Assembly: GCA_964406965.1 (NCBI GenBank)
Contig: CAYOTT010000003.1
Span: 77,691 to 141,690 of the forward strand
DNA length: 64,000 nucleotides
From: an uncultured Desulfurococcales archaeon
Lineage (GTDB): Archaea > Thermoproteota > Thermoprotei_A > EX4484-217-1
Reading direction: 5' to 3'
Below the pieces are notes generated by a model. That model worked only from the letters and a program-made list of their open reading frames with translations, ran no database searches and was not told where the DNA came from. How positions within the stretch are numbered: the first letter of the stretch is position 1; each line of letters opens with the position of its first letter. The translations under genes and the position numbers were made by a program. Positions 20,097 to 28,954 of the stretch are shown piece after piece.

Positions 20097-20648
20097 TTGA
20101 CAATGCATCTTAAACTCCCTCATTACTTAAGGAAAAGACTTAAAGAACCTTTGGGAATACTTTTAGAGCAAATACCTGAGAAATCCATTGAAAAAATAGT
20201 TGCCTTAATTCAAAAGTATAAGCCATTAAAAATAATTACAGTAGGAGATATTGTAACTCAATATTTGCTTATGAACTCAATTTATCCAGATATTTCAGTT
20301 ATCGATGAAAGAAGTTTTAGGAGAAAGATAATTTTCCCCTATCCCTATTTCAAATTTTATAATGTCTATGTTGAAGTAAGTAATCCTCCAGGAACAATAA
20401 CTAGGGAATTATGGTGTACAATTAAGAAATTCCTTAAACTCCCCGTTAAAACCTTAATAAAAGTGAATGGCGAAGAAGATTTAGCTGTTCTACCATTAAT
20501 TATTGAGGCGTATGAGAGGTCACTAGTGCTTTACGGGCAACCTGGAGTAGGTGTTGTCGCTATTTTAGTAAATAGGGACTCTAAAGAAAGTGCAAAAGAA
20601 ATTCTAATGAAATTTGAAGGAGACCTACATAGAGTGTCCGAATGTTAA
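20097..20648 (+). CDS. DUF359/COG1909 protein (archaeal GTP-dependent dephospho-CoA kinase family)
   Basis: LKEPLG...ITVGDIVT...VNGEEDLAVLP pattern characteristic of DUF359. Conserved position after spt4. Confidence 0.7.
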   Translation: MTMHLKLPHYLRKRLKEPLGILLEQIPEKSIEKIVALIQKYKPLKIITVGDIVTQYLLMNSIYPDISVIDERSFRRKIIFPYPYFKFYNVYVEVSNPPGTITRELWCTIKKFLKLPVKTLIKVNGEEDLAVLPLIIEAYERSLVLYGQPGVGVVAILVNRDSKESAKEILMKFEGDLHRVSEC

Positions 20649-20724
20649 CTGAAATGAACAGAAAGTATAAGTATAACTCATGCATTTAAGAGTCGAAATA
20701 GTGAATTATAAGTAAAAAACCCAT

Positions 20725-21087
20725 GTGGTAATGGCTATGTCGTTCACTAAAGCAGGAGACGTAAAGACCGTAAAGATAAGTGAAGGTTACGAAATGATTA
20801 TTGTTGAAGACAAATGGAATTCCCTCATTGAGAGAAGAGAAATTAAAGGAATAATATACCATATGGGAAAAGGGACGCCGAAAAGATATGTTGTAAGAGA
20901 AGCTATAGCGAAAGTTCTCAACATACCAATAGACCAAGTATACGTTAGAAAGATTGAAACAAAATTTGGAGTTTCAGAAACGGAAGCTATAATACACATT
21001 TACTCTTCGCCTGAGAGAGCAAAGAAATTTGAACCACCACATATTATTCATAGAAACCAACCCGAGAAAAAAGAGAAAGGTGAGTAA
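20725..21087 (+). CDS. rps24e: 30S ribosomal protein S24e
   Basis: [34 protein letters not shown]...[13 protein letters not shown] matches S24e. In-frame ATGs at 20731 and 20737 are alternative starts. Confidence 0.9.
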   Translation: MVMAMSFTKAGDVKTVKISEGYEMIIVEDKWNSLIERREIKGIIYHMGKGTPKRYVVREAIAKVLNIPIDQVYVRKIETKFGVSETEAIIHIYSSPERAKKFEPPHIIHRNQPEKKEKGE

Positions 21088-21092
21088 CTAAA

Positions 21093-21272
21093 ATGGCGTA
21101 TGTCCATAAACTTTACGAGTATGATTACGAGAAAGGCACTATAAAACTTAAAAACAAAAGATGCCCAAGATGTGGAAGCATTATGGCTCATCATTTAAAA
21201 CCTGTTGAAAGATGGCATTGTGGAAAATGTGGTTACACGGAATTTGTTACAGCAAAGAAGAAACGTAAATAA
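21093..21272 (+). CDS. rps27ae: 30S ribosomal protein S27ae (59 aa; below ORF-track cutoff)
   Basis: Hand translation gives [59 protein letters not shown]. It has the CxxC...CxxC zinc ribbon and the conserved S24e-S27ae order. Confidence 0.85.
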   Translation: MAYVHKLYEYDYEKGTIKLKNKRCPRCGSIMAHHLKPVERWHCGKCGYTEFVTAKKKRK

Positions 21273-21362
21273 GTATTTTTCATTAAAGTTTTCTCTGAAA
21301 ACATCTTATAAAACATTGCAACTTCAATTCTACTTAAGAAACTACGTAGTGGTATTTAAGAT

Positions 21363-22382
21363 ATGTCATCTAAAAGCAAGACTATAGTGTTAGGTATAGA
21401 GTCTACTGCCCACACCTTTGGATGCGGTATAGTTGATAACTACGGTAACATCTTGGCTGATGTAAGAGATACTTATGTTCCAGAAAAAGGTGGAATTCAT
21501 CCTAGAGAAGCTGCTCAGCACCATTCTAATGTTGCTGCGAACATTGTAAGTGAAGCTCTTAGCCAAGCAAAAATAAGCATTCATGAAGTAGATGCCATAG
21601 CTGTAGCGTTAGGTCCGGGATTGGGTCCGTGTTTAAGAGCCGGAGCAGTTATAGCCAGGGCTTTAGCTATACATTACTCTAAACCTTTAATTCCAGTAAA
21701 CCACGCTGTAGCCCATATTGAAATAGGTAAGTTGCTTACTGGGGCAAAAGACCCTTTGGTAGTTTATGTTTCCGGAGGAAACACCTTAATAGCCGCCTTT
21801 TCAGGTGGAAGATATAGGGTGTTTGGGGAAACATTAGATATTGCATTAGGAAACTGTCTAGATGTTTTTGCTAGAGAAGTTGGATTAGCACCACCCTATG
21901 TTGTTAAAGGTATGCATGTAGTTGATTTATGTGCTGAAAAAGGTAGGAAAATAGTTGAATTACCTTACGTTGTTAAAGGAGAGGACCTTTCCTACTCAGG
22001 CTTACTAACAGCCGCTTTAAGGAAAGCAAAGGAGGGTGTGGAGAAGCTCGAAGACATATGTTTAAGTTTCCGAGAGAACGCTTACAATATGCTTGTTGAG
22101 GCAGCAGAAAGAGCATTAGCTCATACTAGGAAGAAAGAAGCTCTTTTAACTGGAGGTGTTGGTGCAAGCCTTGTTCTTCAGAATAAGCTTAAATTAATGG
22201 TGCAGGATCATAGTGCAATACTCCATGTAACTCCTAGAAAATATGCAGGTGACAATGGAGTTATGATAGCGTGGACTGGCCTTTTACTGTATAAACATGG
22301 TGTGTTAATAGATCCCGAAAAGGCATTCGTAAATCAAAGATGGAGGCTTGATGGGGTAGATATTCCTTGGATGAAGAGGTAG
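21363..22382 (+). CDS. kae1: tRNA N6-adenosine threonylcarbamoyltransferase Kae1
   Basis: VLGIESTAHTFGCGIV, HHSN, NHAVAHIE, YVSGGNT and GDNGVMIAW motifs. Confidence 0.95.
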   Translation: MSSKSKTIVLGIESTAHTFGCGIVDNYGNILADVRDTYVPEKGGIHPREAAQHHSNVAANIVSEALSQAKISIHEVDAIAVALGPGLGPCLRAGAVIARALAIHYSKPLIPVNHAVAHIEIGKLLTGAKDPLVVYVSGGNTLIAAFSGGRYRVFGETLDIALGNCLDVFAREVGLAPPYVVKGMHVVDLCAEKGRKIVELPYVVKGEDLSYSGLLTAALRKAKEGVEKLEDICLSFRENAYNMLVEAAERALAHTRKKEALLTGGVGASLVLQNKLKLMVQDHSAILHVTPRKYAGDNGVMIAWTGLLLYKHGVLIDPEKAFVNQRWRLDGVDIPWMKR

Positions 22383-23041
22383 GCTTAAAAATAACTGAAC
22401 TTATAAGTAAAGGGGCTGAAGCACACATATACAAGGGAATATATCTCGGCTATACCATTGTTTATAAGAAGAGAGTTCCAAAGCCTTATAGGCCGCCGGA
22501 ATTCGATATAAACCTTAGGATTAAGAGAACAATTAATGAAGCTAGAATGCTATATTACGCACGTAAATTCGGTATTCACGCACCTACACTTTTTAACTAT
22601 AATGTTACAGAGACATCTATAATAATGGAGTACATTGATGGAGATGTTTTCTCTAAAAAACTTAGGAAAGGCGTTACTAACGAATTTATTGAGGAAATGT
22701 TCTACAAGGTAGGTATTCTCTTAGGGAAGCTTCACTTAAACAATATAGCTCATGGTGACTTTACAACATCAAACATAATTGTTACTGAGGAAAAAATACC
22801 CTTTATAATAGATTTTGGCTTATCGAAGAGAACATCTGATATAGAGGAGTTCGCTATAGATCTCCATTTAATGTTTAGATCTATTGAGAGCACACATTAT
22901 GACGTTGTTGAAATATCTAAAAATAGCCTTTTAGAAGGCTACATTAGCGTAATTGGTAATGCTGTTGCGAAGAAAATTTACAATAAGGTAATTGAAATTA
23001 GACGTAGAGGCAGGTATGTTAAGGAGAGGAGGTTGAAGTGA
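22367..23041 (+). CDS. bud32: KEOPS kinase/ATPase Bud32
   Basis: ISKGAEAHIY, atypical RIO-like kinase core HGDFTTSNIIV and IDFGLS. Overlaps the kae1 stop by 16 nt. Encoded separately, not fused. Confidence 0.85.
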   Translation: MDEEVGLKITELISKGAEAHIYKGIYLGYTIVYKKRVPKPYRPPEFDINLRIKRTINEARMLYYARKFGIHAPTLFNYNVTETSIIMEYIDGDVFSKKLRKGVTNEFIEEMFYKVGILLGKLHLNNIAHGDFTTSNIIVTEEKIPFIIDFGLSKRTSDIEEFAIDLHLMFRSIESTHYDVVEISKNSLLEGYISVIGNAVAKKIYNKVIEIRRRGRYVKERRLK

Positions 23042-23601
23042 AAATAATTTTCGTCACTAAGAATAGGCATAAGTTTCTTGAAGTATCGAATGTACTTAAT
23101 GAATATGGTATAGATGTTGAACAAGTAAGTTTAGATAAGCCAGAAATACAGGCTAATAACTTAAAGGATGTTGTAAGATACTCGCTAATATCCCTTTACT
23201 ATATTGTTAAGAAGCCTTTAGTTGTTGAAGATGCTGGATTATTTATAGACTCTTTAAAGGGTTTTCCAGGGGTTTACTCAAACTATGTTTTTAAGACTAT
23301 AGGTTTTCATGGAATACTTAAATTAATGGAAAATGTTTCTAATAGACATGCTAAATTCATGTCCATTGTAGGATACATTGATGAGAAAGACATTACATTT
23401 TTTGAAGGCATAGCAGAGGGAACTATAACTATGAAGCCTAAGGGTAGCGGAGGTTTCGGATTCGACCCCATATTTATGCCTAAAGGTGAAACCAAAACCT
23501 TTGCTGAAATGAGCATTAGTGAGAAAAATAAGTTTTCTCATAGGGCGAAAGCGTTTAGGAAACTTGGAGAATGGCTTATTCAAGATAAGTTTAAAAGGTA
23601 G
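23038..23601 (+). CDS. Non-canonical purine NTP pyrophosphatase (HAM1/RdgB/ITPase family)
   Basis: IIFVTKNRHKFLE...VVEDAGLFIDSLKGFPGVYS...GFGFDPIF...SHRAKAF motifs. Confidence 0.9.
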   Translation: MKIIFVTKNRHKFLEVSNVLNEYGIDVEQVSLDKPEIQANNLKDVVRYSLISLYYIVKKPLVVEDAGLFIDSLKGFPGVYSNYVFKTIGFHGILKLMENVSNRHAKFMSIVGYIDEKDITFFEGIAEGTITMKPKGSGGFGFDPIFMPKGETKTFAEMSISEKNKFSHRAKAFRKLGEWLIQDKFKR

Positions 23602-23652
23602 AGTAGACTACACTTTGATGCAAGAGGGTAGATTAGGGAGTAGGTAGAGAAT

Positions 23653-24111
23653 ATGAATAAGAAAAGGGAAAAGGGAAAATCACATTCAACAAGACCCATT
23701 CGGGCAGGCCCTCCACGCTGGCTTAGGTTAAGTTCCGAAGAAATAGAAGCATTAATAGTTGAGCTCGCTAAAAAAGGCTATGGACCATCAATGATAGGTA
23801 TTATTCTAAGAGACCAGTATGGAATACCGTTAGTTAAACCCATTCTTGGAAAGGGAATAACTAAGGTTCTTGAGGAACACGGATTAGCCCCTGAGATACC
23901 TGAAGACCTCTTTAATCTCATGAAAAGAGCTGCAAAATTAAGAGCTCATTTAGAGGAGCATCCCAAAGATTACCATTCAAAACGCGGTTTAGAGGAAATA
24001 GAGTCTAAAATTAGAAGGCTCGTGAAATATTATGTAAGAATAGGTAGGCTACCTAAAGATTGGAAGTATGAACCGGAGAAGGTTAGATTACTCATTTCTA
24101 GGACATTCTAA
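23653..24111 (+). CDS. rps15: 30S ribosomal protein uS15 (S13e type)
   Basis: [40 protein letters not shown] and [15 protein letters not shown]. Confidence 0.95.
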   Translation: MNKKREKGKSHSTRPIRAGPPRWLRLSSEEIEALIVELAKKGYGPSMIGIILRDQYGIPLVKPILGKGITKVLEEHGLAPEIPEDLFNLMKRAAKLRAHLEEHPKDYHSKRGLEEIESKIRRLVKYYVRIGRLPKDWKYEPEKVRLLISRTF

Positions 24112-24161
24112 GAACATTTTATTAAGAAGTCCTTTCCTCTAATTCTATGGTGGAATAGTTT

Positions 24162-25499
24162 TTGCTTAACAAATCCTCGGTAGACATCTTTACTTTTACA
24201 TCGACGGGGAAGGGCAGTAAATTAGACAAAGTAATCAATTATAGCTTAAATATGATGTCATCAGGTGAGGAAACAGTAGTTTATGTTTATCCTACCGTAT
24301 CTGATGTTCTCTCAGCCTCTATATTCATTCATAAGCTCATAGAGTTTAATTCTCCAATTGTTGTAAGGCTAGAGCCATCAATAGATATTGAACGTGTTAA
24401 AAACCTTAACTTAATAAGCATAGGTATACCTTTATCTAAAAAACGCTATGATGAGCTAGCTAAAAACGTGAAAAAAGCATTAATACTTGGGCTATGTGTT
24501 GAAGGCCTAAGTAAGAGTAAAGGAAACGCTATCATCGTATGTTCAACAAAATATTCTGGATCAGCAATTTATACTTGGAGAATTCTTAAAGAAAGACTTG
24601 ATGCTTTAGACTACGTCTTAACGCTAGCTTCACTTGTATCTTCAAGCTTCTTTAAAATACCTAAAGATCCCTTAGAAAAATCATTAATAAGTGATGCTGT
24701 AGCGAAGCAAATAATTGATGAGTTCAAAGGTGTAAGAATTTTCGGAATACATAGAAAACCCCTGTATAAGGCTTTATCGGAATCTCTCATACCTTACCTA
24801 TATGGTTTAACAAGTAATGAAAATACATCTAAGGAGTTTGTGAAAGAGTTTGGAATAGAAGATTTTTCCTCAAAACTCGCTGACCATGAGGCTTCTACAA
24901 TAAAGAGAATTATTGAAAGTATACTTAAAATAGCTAATAAAATAGCTCCAAACGCATGGAGAGTTGAAGACTTAATAGGAGAAATGTATATCTTAAAAAC
25001 TCCACTACAACATCTTTCAGACGATCTTTTAGAGTTTTCAGCACAACTTACAGCGATTTCCGAAAACTTAGGTTTACATAAGTCAGTTTTTATTAAGGAG
25101 TACTTCGACATGGTAATTAAGTCATACATAAGATCATACTACGATACTTTAAGGAATGTGAGTAAGTGTTTTGAAGAAGCATTAAGAGAGCCTTCGCGAG
25201 AGTTCGATGTTGGGGGGAGAAGAGTAAAGGTTGTTAAAGCAAATTATTTAAGTGAATACAGAGCGTTCCATATGCTTGAATCGGTAATTTTAACGTCGGG
25301 ATATGCTGACTTATCAGATATAATAGTTTTTGAAGGAAAAGAAGGTTTCTTAATGACATACTCAACCATTAAGAGAGTGTTTTTAACAAGAGCTTCTAAA
25401 GCAATTGAGGTTTTAAGTAGGAAGTCCGAGAAACCATTAGAAGCAGGTTTCTTGTTTCCTAACTTAAGAGATATCATATCTTCACTGAGGAAGGTTTAA
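24162..25499 (+). CDS. RecJ/Cdc45-like protein with degenerate DHH motifs (RecJdbh-type)
   Basis: 445-aa ORF immediately after rps15, the conserved archaeal rps15-RecJ/Cdc45 neighbourhood. Where motif I DxD is expected the sequence is VYVYPTVSDVLSASIF, and no DHH triad is seen. The call rests mainly on synteny. The start is uncertain (TTG). Confidence 0.45.
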   Translation: MLNKSSVDIFTFTSTGKGSKLDKVINYSLNMMSSGEETVVYVYPTVSDVLSASIFIHKLIEFNSPIVVRLEPSIDIERVKNLNLISIGIPLSKKRYDELAKNVKKALILGLCVEGLSKSKGNAIIVCSTKYSGSAIYTWRILKERLDALDYVLTLASLVSSSFFKIPKDPLEKSLISDAVAKQIIDEFKGVRIFGIHRKPLYKALSESLIPYLYGLTSNENTSKEFVKEFGIEDFSSKLADHEASTIKRIIESILKIANKIAPNAWRVEDLIGEMYILKTPLQHLSDDLLEFSAQLTAISENLGLHKSVFIKEYFDMVIKSYIRSYYDTLRNVSKCFEEALREPSREFDVGGRRVKVVKANYLSEYRAFHMLESVILTSGYADLSDIIVFEGKEGFLMTYSTIKRVFLTRASKAIEVLSRKSEKPLEAGFLFPNLRDIISSLRKV

Positions 25500-25500
25500 A

Positions 25501-25770
25501 GTGCTTGTAAAGGTTACTTTAATACTTAAACTTAAATTTAGTAGTAAAGAGAAAACTAAGTCTATTGCATTAGCTCTAAGACCAGATAACCTACTGACAA
25601 AGGAGAACATGGTTATAGTGGATAAGGTTCATGAAAACATTTTTACTTTAAAAATCGATGTTACAAGCGAAAACATTAACAACATCAGTACTATTAGAAA
25701 CACAGCTGACGAAATTTTAGCCCATATTAAGTCTTTAGAGAACCTTTTTGAAAAAGTGAAGGATAAATAA
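25501..25770 (+). CDS. Pcc1-like small protein (second KEOPS Pcc1 paralog?)
   Basis: KLKFSSKEKTKSIALALRPDN...FTLKIDVTSENINNISTIRNTADEILAHIK follows the Pcc1/CTAG pattern. Compare the canonical copy at 39170. Confidence 0.45.
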   Translation: MLVKVTLILKLKFSSKEKTKSIALALRPDNLLTKENMVIVDKVHENIFTLKIDVTSENINNISTIRNTADEILAHIKSLENLFEKVKDK

Positions 25771-25842
25771 CAAGTAACTCTTTTATACCACTTATCTATG
25801 TTAAAAGGAATAGCTTAGGAAAAACAAAGGTGCTTCGGTAAA

Positions 25843-26532
25843 ATGCCTGCACCCAGAGCTGCTGTGAAAGATAGGTGGAAGATGAAGAAATGGTACACTA
25901 TAGTAGCACCTCCGGTTTTCGGAGAAGTTCCTTTAGGAACAACACCAGCAGATGATCCGCTAAAACTTATTAGTAGAGTTCTTGAAACAACACTTTATGA
26001 TTTAACAGGAGATTTCACTTTAGTGCATGTTCACTTATTCTTCCAAGTGATTAAGGTTATGGGTAATAAATGCATTACAAGGTTTAAAGGTCATGAACTA
26101 GCTAGAGATTACATGAGAAGCATAGTTAGGAGGAGAAGTAGCAAAATTCAGGGGATATTTAATGTGCGAACAAAGGACGGTTATGGATTAAGAATCACAG
26201 CAGTTGTTCTAACATCCTTCAGATGTAAGTCGTCACAAAAAAGAGCTATAAGGAAAATAATGAAGGAAATAATTGAGTCACGAGCTTCCGAAATGACTTT
26301 TAACGAGTTAATTCAAGCAATGATTTTCGGAAAGTTAGCATCCGAAATATACAATGAAGCAAAGAAAATTTATCCTATAAGAAAAGTCGAAATTTATAAG
26401 TCAAAACTTTTAACAGTACCTTCACCAACCGGGCCTAAACCAGCAGCCGTAGTGTCACCGCTTATGCTTAAAGGTAAGGAAGCTGAAGAGTTAATTAAAG
26501 AAGTCATTGTTAAGGAACCTAGTGCAGCGTAA
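25843..26532 (+). CDS. rps3ae: 30S ribosomal protein S3Ae (eS1)
   Basis: DRWKMKKWYTIVAPPVFGE...LETTLYDLTGDF are characteristic. Confidence 0.95.
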   Translation: MPAPRAAVKDRWKMKKWYTIVAPPVFGEVPLGTTPADDPLKLISRVLETTLYDLTGDFTLVHVHLFFQVIKVMGNKCITRFKGHELARDYMRSIVRRRSSKIQGIFNVRTKDGYGLRITAVVLTSFRCKSSQKRAIRKIMKEIIESRASEMTFNELIQAMIFGKLASEIYNEAKKIYPIRKVEIYKSKLLTVPSPTGPKPAAVVSPLMLKGKEAEELIKEVIVKEPSAA

Positions 26533-26607
26533 AAACTATTTCTCCTCCCTAAATAACCACATTCTTTATCTTGAAGTTTTAAATTTTATTTCTCCAGAGG
26601 AGTTTAG

Positions 26608-27672
26608 GTGAAATTATTGAATAAACCAATAATAATTGTGAAAACGCCTTTAGGATTAGAGGACATTGCCGCTGCGAGAATTCTCGAAATACTTTCCGAA
26701 GTTAAAGTTAAACCTAGGCCTCAGGGTTACTTAGGTTTGGTTCTCGTATTTTCTGAGAATCCATTAGACGATGCTAGGAAAATAAAAGCTGAAGTACCTG
26801 AAGCGGAGAAGGTTATACCTGCACTCACTGTAGTTAAGGCTGATCTTGAAGAGATAGCTAAAGCTGCATCAGAAATAGCTAAAGAACACATAAGCCCTAA
26901 TGAAACGTTTGCTGTAAGAACAGTTAGAAGAGGGAGACATGAGTTCACAAGCATTGATGTTAATGTGAAAGCTGGTGCAGCAATTAAGGAGGCTACGGAA
27001 GCAAATGTTAACTTAAGCTTTCCTGACAAAATAGTTGTCATCGAAATTATAGGGGAGTACGCGCTAATTTCTATTCTACCAGGCCACGAGGAGTATAAGA
27101 AACTTAGGCCTGGTAAAAAACCTGTAACCCAGTATTTAAGAAGAATAGCTTTAGTGCAAATGCCTTACTTGGGGCCTCTTAATGCAGCATACAATATGGG
27201 TGTTAGGATAGGGAGAGAGGCGCAAACATTTGAGGTTAAGGAGTTAATAGTAGCCCCAATAGGCATGACACCAGCGGATCAGTTAGCTACATTTATTAAA
27301 GGCGTTTATGAAGGTATAGAGTCTAGGTTTAAGATACAGAAGAAAACTTATGGACGTAATGTACATAGAGTACCCGTGTATGTTCAAGATCTTTACCAAC
27401 TAGTTAGAGATAGGTATAGGGAACCTATAGTAGTTTTTGAACCAGAAGGTGAACCCATAATTAAGGTTAAGGACAGTATTAAGGAGATTTTTGAAAATAA
27501 AAGGAATAAAAGAATAAATATCCTAATAGGTTCTAGAATCGGAATACCTTCAGGTATATATAGATTTGCAACACTCATACTTGATATAGCACCTGGAGTC
27601 ACTATTTCAACGGATTTAGCTGCAGCATCAGCTATAACAGCATTAATTACGGTGCTTGAGAATGAAAATTAA
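26608..27672 (+). CDS. THUMP-domain protein with C-terminal SPOUT-knot-like domain (predicted RNA methyltransferase)
   Basis: The N-terminal half, FAVRTVRRGRHEFTSIDVNVKAGAAIKE, is THUMP-like. The C-terminus INILIGSRIGIPSGIYRFATLILDIAPGVTISTDLAAASAITALITVL resembles the trefoil-knot SAM site of SPOUT enzymes. Confidence 0.55.
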   Translation: MKLLNKPIIIVKTPLGLEDIAAARILEILSEVKVKPRPQGYLGLVLVFSENPLDDARKIKAEVPEAEKVIPALTVVKADLEEIAKAASEIAKEHISPNETFAVRTVRRGRHEFTSIDVNVKAGAAIKEATEANVNLSFPDKIVVIEIIGEYALISILPGHEEYKKLRPGKKPVTQYLRRIALVQMPYLGPLNAAYNMGVRIGREAQTFEVKELIVAPIGMTPADQLATFIKGVYEGIESRFKIQKKTYGRNVHRVPVYVQDLYQLVRDRYREPIVVFEPEGEPIIKVKDSIKEIFENKRNKRINILIGSRIGIPSGIYRFATLILDIAPGVTISTDLAAASAITALITVLENEN

Positions 27673-28951
27673 TCAAGCAGTTGTTTTAGTTGCAGGTAAG
27701 GGAGAGAGGTTAGAGCCATTTACACATACTAAACCTAAACCTATGATTCAAGTTCTAGATAAACCCTTTATACACTACATTTTGGAAAATCTTCGCTCCA
27801 TAGGGGTTTCAGAAGTAGTTTTCGTAGTTAATTATCTTAAAGAGAAAATTATTGACTATGTTGCAAAAAGATTCTCAAACATATTTTCATCAATAAAGTT
27901 CGTAGATCAAAGAGAACCCTTAGGAACAGGGCATGCTTTAAAGGCGGCGGAAAAACATGTTAAAGGAAGATTCTTCTTAATTTACGGTGATGTTTATACT
28001 GAGGTTTCTAATTTAAGAAAAATTCTAAAGAAATCGGAAAGCTATGAGAACGTTATTGCTGCGGTGGAAACTGAGAAACCATGGGATTACGGTGTTCTAA
28101 TCGAAGAGAACGGGTTGCTTAAAGGTATTGTTGAAAAGCCTAAACCTGGCACTGAACCTTCCAACATTGTTAATGCTGGAATATATGTTTTAAGTGTCCA
28201 TGTTTTAAGCTATCTAGACAATATTAAGCTATCTCCTAGAGGAGAAATAGAAATAACGGATGCATTAACTCTTATGAGTAAGTATGAAAAAATCGCTATC
28301 GCTAAAATAAGTAAAAGTGAATGGTTAGAGTTAGGTAAAGTCTGGGATATTCTCGATGTAAATAAGTACTTTCTAAATAAGATAGTTTCTCAAAAAATCT
28401 TGGGGGACATTGAAAGTAACGTTATAATTAAAGGGAATGTGCTAATACGTGAAGGCACATTGGTAAAGAGTGGAACATATATTGAAGGACCTGTTTACGT
28501 AGGGAAATATTCGCAAATAGGTCCAAATAGTTATATTAGACCATATACTGTATTAGGAGAGCATGTGAAAATAGGGGCATCATGCGAAATAAAGTCTAGC
28601 GTAATTATGAATTATACACACATTCCCCACTTAAACTATGTTGGCGATAGTGTTATAGGCGAGCATGTAAACTTCGGTGCAGGAACTATAATAGCTAATC
28701 TTAGGCTAGACGATAAATCCATAAAAGTTATTCTAAAGGGAAGAAAAGTTGATAGCAAGAGAAGAAAGCTAGGGGCTTTTATTGGAGATTACGTGAGAAC
28801 AGGTGTTGATGTTATGTTAATGCCTGGAGTGAAGGTAGGAGCTTATTCATGGATTTCCCCAGGCTTGGTAATTTACGATGATATTCCACCATATACTTTC
28901 GTTAAACCTAAGGAACGTAGCGGATACTATTTCGAAGAAATTAAAAAGTAG
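27662..28951 (+). CDS. Bifunctional sugar-1-phosphate nucleotidylyltransferase/acetyltransferase (GlmU-like, left-handed beta-helix C-terminus)
   Basis: AVVLVAGKGERLEPFTHTKPKPM (NTP-transferase signature), then hexapeptide repeats (IGEHVNFGAGTIIANL...). ATG at 27662 is preferred over the TTG at 27656. Confidence 0.85.
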   Translation: MKINQAVVLVAGKGERLEPFTHTKPKPMIQVLDKPFIHYILENLRSIGVSEVVFVVNYLKEKIIDYVAKRFSNIFSSIKFVDQREPLGTGHALKAAEKHVKGRFFLIYGDVYTEVSNLRKILKKSESYENVIAAVETEKPWDYGVLIEENGLLKGIVEKPKPGTEPSNIVNAGIYVLSVHVLSYLDNIKLSPRGEIEITDALTLMSKYEKIAIAKISKSEWLELGKVWDILDVNKYFLNKIVSQKILGDIESNVIIKGNVLIREGTLVKSGTYIEGPVYVGKYSQIGPNSYIRPYTVLGEHVKIGASCEIKSSVIMNYTHIPHLNYVGDSVIGEHVNFGAGTIIANLRLDDKSIKVILKGRKVDSKRRKLGAFIGDYVRTGVDVMLMPGVKVGAYSWISPGLVIYDDIPPYTFVKPKERSGYYFEEIKK

Positions 28952-28954
28952 TTT

